64,000 bases of DNA, taken from Camelus ferus. Its lineage: Eukaryota. The notes below the pieces were generated by a model. It saw nothing but the letters and a program-made list of their open reading frames with translations, made no database searches and was not told where the DNA came from. Below are positions 60,230 through 64,000 of the stretch, one piece after another. Position 1 is the stretch's first letter. Each line of letters opens with the position of its first letter. The translations under genes and the position numbers were made by a program. The stretch covers positions 107,014,001-107,078,000 of the forward strand of contig NC_045697.1 of NCBI RefSeq assembly GCF_009834535.1, read 5' to 3'.

Positions 60230-63200
60230 GAAACTAATTTACAGCCTCATCTACTACTGAACATTGTACCAAGTCCTGATCACCCAAATGCCTGACTAGA
60301 GCATCCAGACAATGGCAGAATCCATTCTCCACCCTCACTTGGGTAAGGAAACAAGCCAGCAGTCTTTTCCAACTGTGATCAGCCAAAGACATGCACCTCC
60401 ATCTCTGTCCACAGAGCTCAAACATTTGCCTCACAGAGAAAAAGACCGTTAAACCAGACCCCACTTGTCAAAGGACATTACGTGCAGACATGCCCAGAAA
60501 CCCAAAGTGAGCTGAAAAGTGAAGATCTGCCTCTGTCAAAGCAAATCTGTAGTCTGGAAGAGAAGCCTAGTTATTCAAATGTGCAGTTATCAATGTAAAG
60601 AATCAAGGATCACAAAAAATCAGGTAATATGACAACACCAAAGGAAACTAACAGCACTTCAATAACCAAGCCTAAAGAAATGGAGATCTATGAACTATAA
60701 CACAAAGAAATCAGAATAATCCTCCTAAGGAAGTTTAGTGTACTAGAAGAAAACACAGATGGATAACTAAATAAAACAATGCATGAACAAAACAAGCGCA
60801 ACAAAGAAATAATAAACATTAAAAAAAAAATCGTAGGGGGAGGGCATAGCTCAAGTGGTAGAGCGCATGTTTAGCATATACAAGGTCCTGGGTTCGATCC
60901 CCAGTATCTCCCCTAAAAATAAATAAACAGACCTAATTACCCCCCCCCCAAAAATAATAAAATTAAATTTTAAAGAAATCCTAGAGTTGAAAAACATAAC
61001 AACTGCACTTAAGAATTCAATAGAGAGTTTCAAAAATAGTCTAGACTATGCAAAGAATCAGCAGCTTGGAGAATACCACATTGGAAATTACCCCAAAAGG
61101 CAAAAACAAAACAAAACAAAAAGAATGAAAAAAAGAGTGGAGAATGCATACAACAGTTATGAAACACAATGAAAAAAAAAAAGCATTATAAGAATTCCAG
61201 AAAGAAAAGAAAGGGAAAAGGACAGAAAACATATTTAAAGCAGTAATGGCTAAAAACTCCCCAAATGTGGGGAGAGAAATGTACATCTAGATCCATGAGG
61301 CTGAAACATCCCAAATAGGTAAAGCGACATAGAGACACATTATAATTATACTGTCAAAAGTCAAAGATGAAGAAAAAAATTTAAAAACAGAAAGAGAAGA
61401 GAGAAGTTATATACAGGGGAACCCCCCATAAGACTACTGGAGAATTTCTGAAGAGAAACTTTTCTGGCCAGTAAAGAATTAAATGACATATTCAAGATAT
61501 TGAAAGAAAATAAATGTCAATCAAGAATTCTATAATCAACAAAGCTGTCCTTCACAAAGAAAGAAAGGATAAAGACTATCCTGCACAAACAAAAAGCTGA
61601 ATGAGTTCATTAACACCAGATCTGTCTTATAAGAAATTCTAAAGGGAGTTCTTTGAGTGGATCTAAAAGAATACTAATTAACACCGTAAAACATTAAAAG
61701 TGAAGTATGAATTTCACTAATAATAGTTAATTTATAGTCATATAATCTGCAATATGGTAATAGTGGTGCATAATTCACATACAATTCTAGTTTAAAAGGT
61801 ACACACACACACACACAAAAGAATGTAAAAATAGCCATAGTAAAAATAACCATAACTTCAATAACCTGTTATTAGTAAAACAGTATTAAAAAATGCACAT
61901 TGTAATAGTAATAACCTAAAATGTAAAGAGGAGTTGAAGTGTAAAGTTTACAAATTCTACTGATGTTGTTATCAATTTAAGACAGGGTGCTACAAGTTTA
62001 ATATATTTTATCTAAGCCTCATGGTAACTACAAGGAGAAGTCCTAAAGTAATTATACAAAAGAACACATTAGAAAAGTCAAAGAAGACCGACACCAAAAG
62101 ACATCAAAACACACACAAAAAAAGAGCAGGATAAGAAACAAGGAAAAATAGGTCTGCAAAATAATAAGAAAAAATTAACAGTAGTAAGTCCTTACCTATC
62201 AATAATTACTTTAAACAGACACATATCAAATTTTTCAATTACAAGACACAGAATGACTATATTAAAAACAAACTAAAAACAAAACAAGATCCAACAATAT
62301 GCTGCCTACAAGAGATTCACATTGGCCTAAAACACATAGACTGAGAGTAAATGGAAGGAAAAAGACATTTCAAGCAAAGGGTAACCCAAATAAAACAGGG
62401 ATAGCTATACTTACAGCACACAACACAGACTTTAAACTAAAAATGGTAGGAAGAGACAAAGACAGTCACCAGATAATGATAATGGGGAAATATATCAAGA
62501 AAATACAAAAACTGTAAGTATTTATGTGCCCAACATTGTAACACCTAAACATATAAAGCAAAAACTGACAGAGGTAAAAGGAGAAATAAACAGTAAGACA
62601 GTAGTTGGGGACATTAATACCCTACTCTCAACAATGGGTAGATCATTCAGAAAAATAATAAATAAGGAAACAGTGGATTTGAACAACACTATAGACCAAA
62701 AGGACTTAACAGACATAAAGAGAACATTCTACCCCAAAACAGCAGAATACACATTCTCAATAGCACATGGGACATTTTCTACAATATACCATGTTAGGTC
62801 ACAAAACAAGTCTTGACAAATTCAAGAAGACTGAAACCTTCTTTCACCAAATGGAATAAAACTAGAAATCAGTAACAACATGAAAACTGGAAACTTCATC
62901 AACACATGGCAATTAAACCACACCCTCCTAAACAACGAATAGATCAAAGGAGAAATTAAATGGGAAATAAAAAAGTTTCTTGAGACAAATGAAAATGGAA
63001 ACACAACACACCAGAACTTGTAAGATGCATCAAAAGCAGATCTAAGAGGGAAGTTCATAGCAATAAATATCTAAGTTGAGAAGAAGGACTCCAAATAAAC
63101 AGCCTAACCTCTACACCTTAAGGAACTAGAAAAAGAAGAACAAATTGAGCCCAAAGTTATTAGAATAATGGAAATTAAGATTAGAACAAAACAAATGAAA

Positions 63201-64000
63201 CAAAAAACAAAAAAAGATTAACCAAATTAAGAGTTGGTTCTTTAAAAAGATAAAACTGAAACACCAACACTAACCATGGGAAAAAGAGAAAAGACACAAA
63301 TCAACAAAATTATAAAGGAAAAAGGAGACATTATAACAGACATCACAGAAATTCAAAGGCTTTAGTAGGAGGCTGCTATTAACAACTATAAACCATCAAA
63401 ATGGACAACCTAGCAGAAATATTCTTAGATACATACAACTTACCAAAATTGAGTTGTGAATAGACTAACTACCAGTTAGACAATTGAATCAGTAACCAAA
63501 ACTCTCCCAACAATGAAAAAGCCCAGGACCAGCTAGCTTCACTGGTGAATTTTAATAAACATTTAAAGAAGAATTAACACCAGTCCACATACTCTTCCAA
63601 AAAATAAAAGAGGAAGAAACTCATTTTATGAGGCCAGCATTATCCTGATACCAAAACCAGAAAAGGATCCTAGTAGAAAAGAAAGCTACAGGCTAATACC
63701 CTGATGAATACATATGCAAAACTTCTCTATGAAATACTAGCAAACCAAATGCAGCAGCACATTAAAAGGATCATTCATCATCATATTCAATTGGGATTTA
63801 TCCCTGGGATGCAAGGATGGCTTCAACATATGCAAATCAATCCATGTGATAGTGATATATCACATTAATAGAATGAAAGTAAAGAAAAAACTTATCATCT
63901 CAATAGATGCAAAAAAAAGCATTTGGCAAAACTGAATATCCATACATGATAAAAATTCTTAAAAATTTAAGAATAGAAGGAACAGATCTAAGCATAATAA
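60230..64000 (+). mobile_element. Degraded L1 (5' region, ORF1 about 60630-61660, ORF2 EN/RT from about 62175), running off the window; antisense to LRBA
   Basis: ORF2 remnants such as PKHIKQKLTEVKGEINSKTVVGDINTLLSTMGRS...TIDQKDLTDI...YPKTAEYT; AAAAGCCCAGGACCAG, TTTATCCCTGGGATGCAAGGATGG; many stops and frameshifts. 5' boundary uncertain. Confidence 0.92.
60837..60971 (+). mobile_element. Camelid tRNA-derived SINE (Vic-1 type) inserted into L1 ORF1
   Basis: GGGGAGGGCATAGCTCAAGTGGTAGAGCG...GGTTCGATCCCCAG...CCTAATTACCCCC; degenerate TSD AAAAAAATCGTAG / AAAGAAATCCTAG. Confidence 0.9.

Larger units (their letters stand above)
1..64000 (-). other. LRBA: Body of LRBA (LPS-responsive beige-like anchor); apart from three exons the window is intronic
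   Basis: Three consecutive internal exons found; I could not find the preceding or following LRBA exon, consistent with very long flanking introns. Confidence 0.85.

Noticed and set aside
62299..63058. ORFs with endonuclease-like translation
   Set aside because: Frameshifted remnants of L1 ORF2; not an intact gene.
36446..64000. Search for further LRBA exons here and in 1-25683
   Set aside because: No segment found encoding the expected neighbouring peptides; they probably lie outside the window, though a manual scan could miss a short exon.

Overview
Mammalian genomic DNA, very likely a camelid (three copies of the camelid tRNA-derived Vic-1-type SINE). The window lies inside LRBA (minus strand). 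It holds three LRBA coding exons (36321-36445, 28337-28483, 25684-25820; end of DUF1088, linker, start of the PH domain before BEACH) that splice in frame with canonical AG/GT sites. Nested on the plus strand, in the intron after the 25684 exon, is the uninterrupted MAB21L2 CDS (20528-21607, 359 aa, cGAS/MAB21 nucleotidyltransferase fold). About 6.5-39 kb is transposon-poor, with three CpG-rich islands and homeodomain/TALE motif clusters. About 42-64 kb is packed with L2, L1, MIR, MaLR, ERV LTR and a Tigger-type MITE. The nested gene pair is already known; I see no new multi-gene system. The best leads, all hypotheses needing alignment, RNA-seq or Ribo-seq, are: (i) a strong-context UUG start giving a 19-aa N-terminal extension of MAB21L2; (ii) a cryptic 5'-leader intron holding three uORFs, with its donor locked in a hairpin; (iii) an overlapping LRBA-sense 28-nt exon candidate; (iv) a kB-flanked intronic CpG island resembling an internal LRBA promoter; (v) a splice-dead homolog of the human 33-nt LRBA alternative exon. 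Repeat family names and boundaries were assigned by eye and are approximate.
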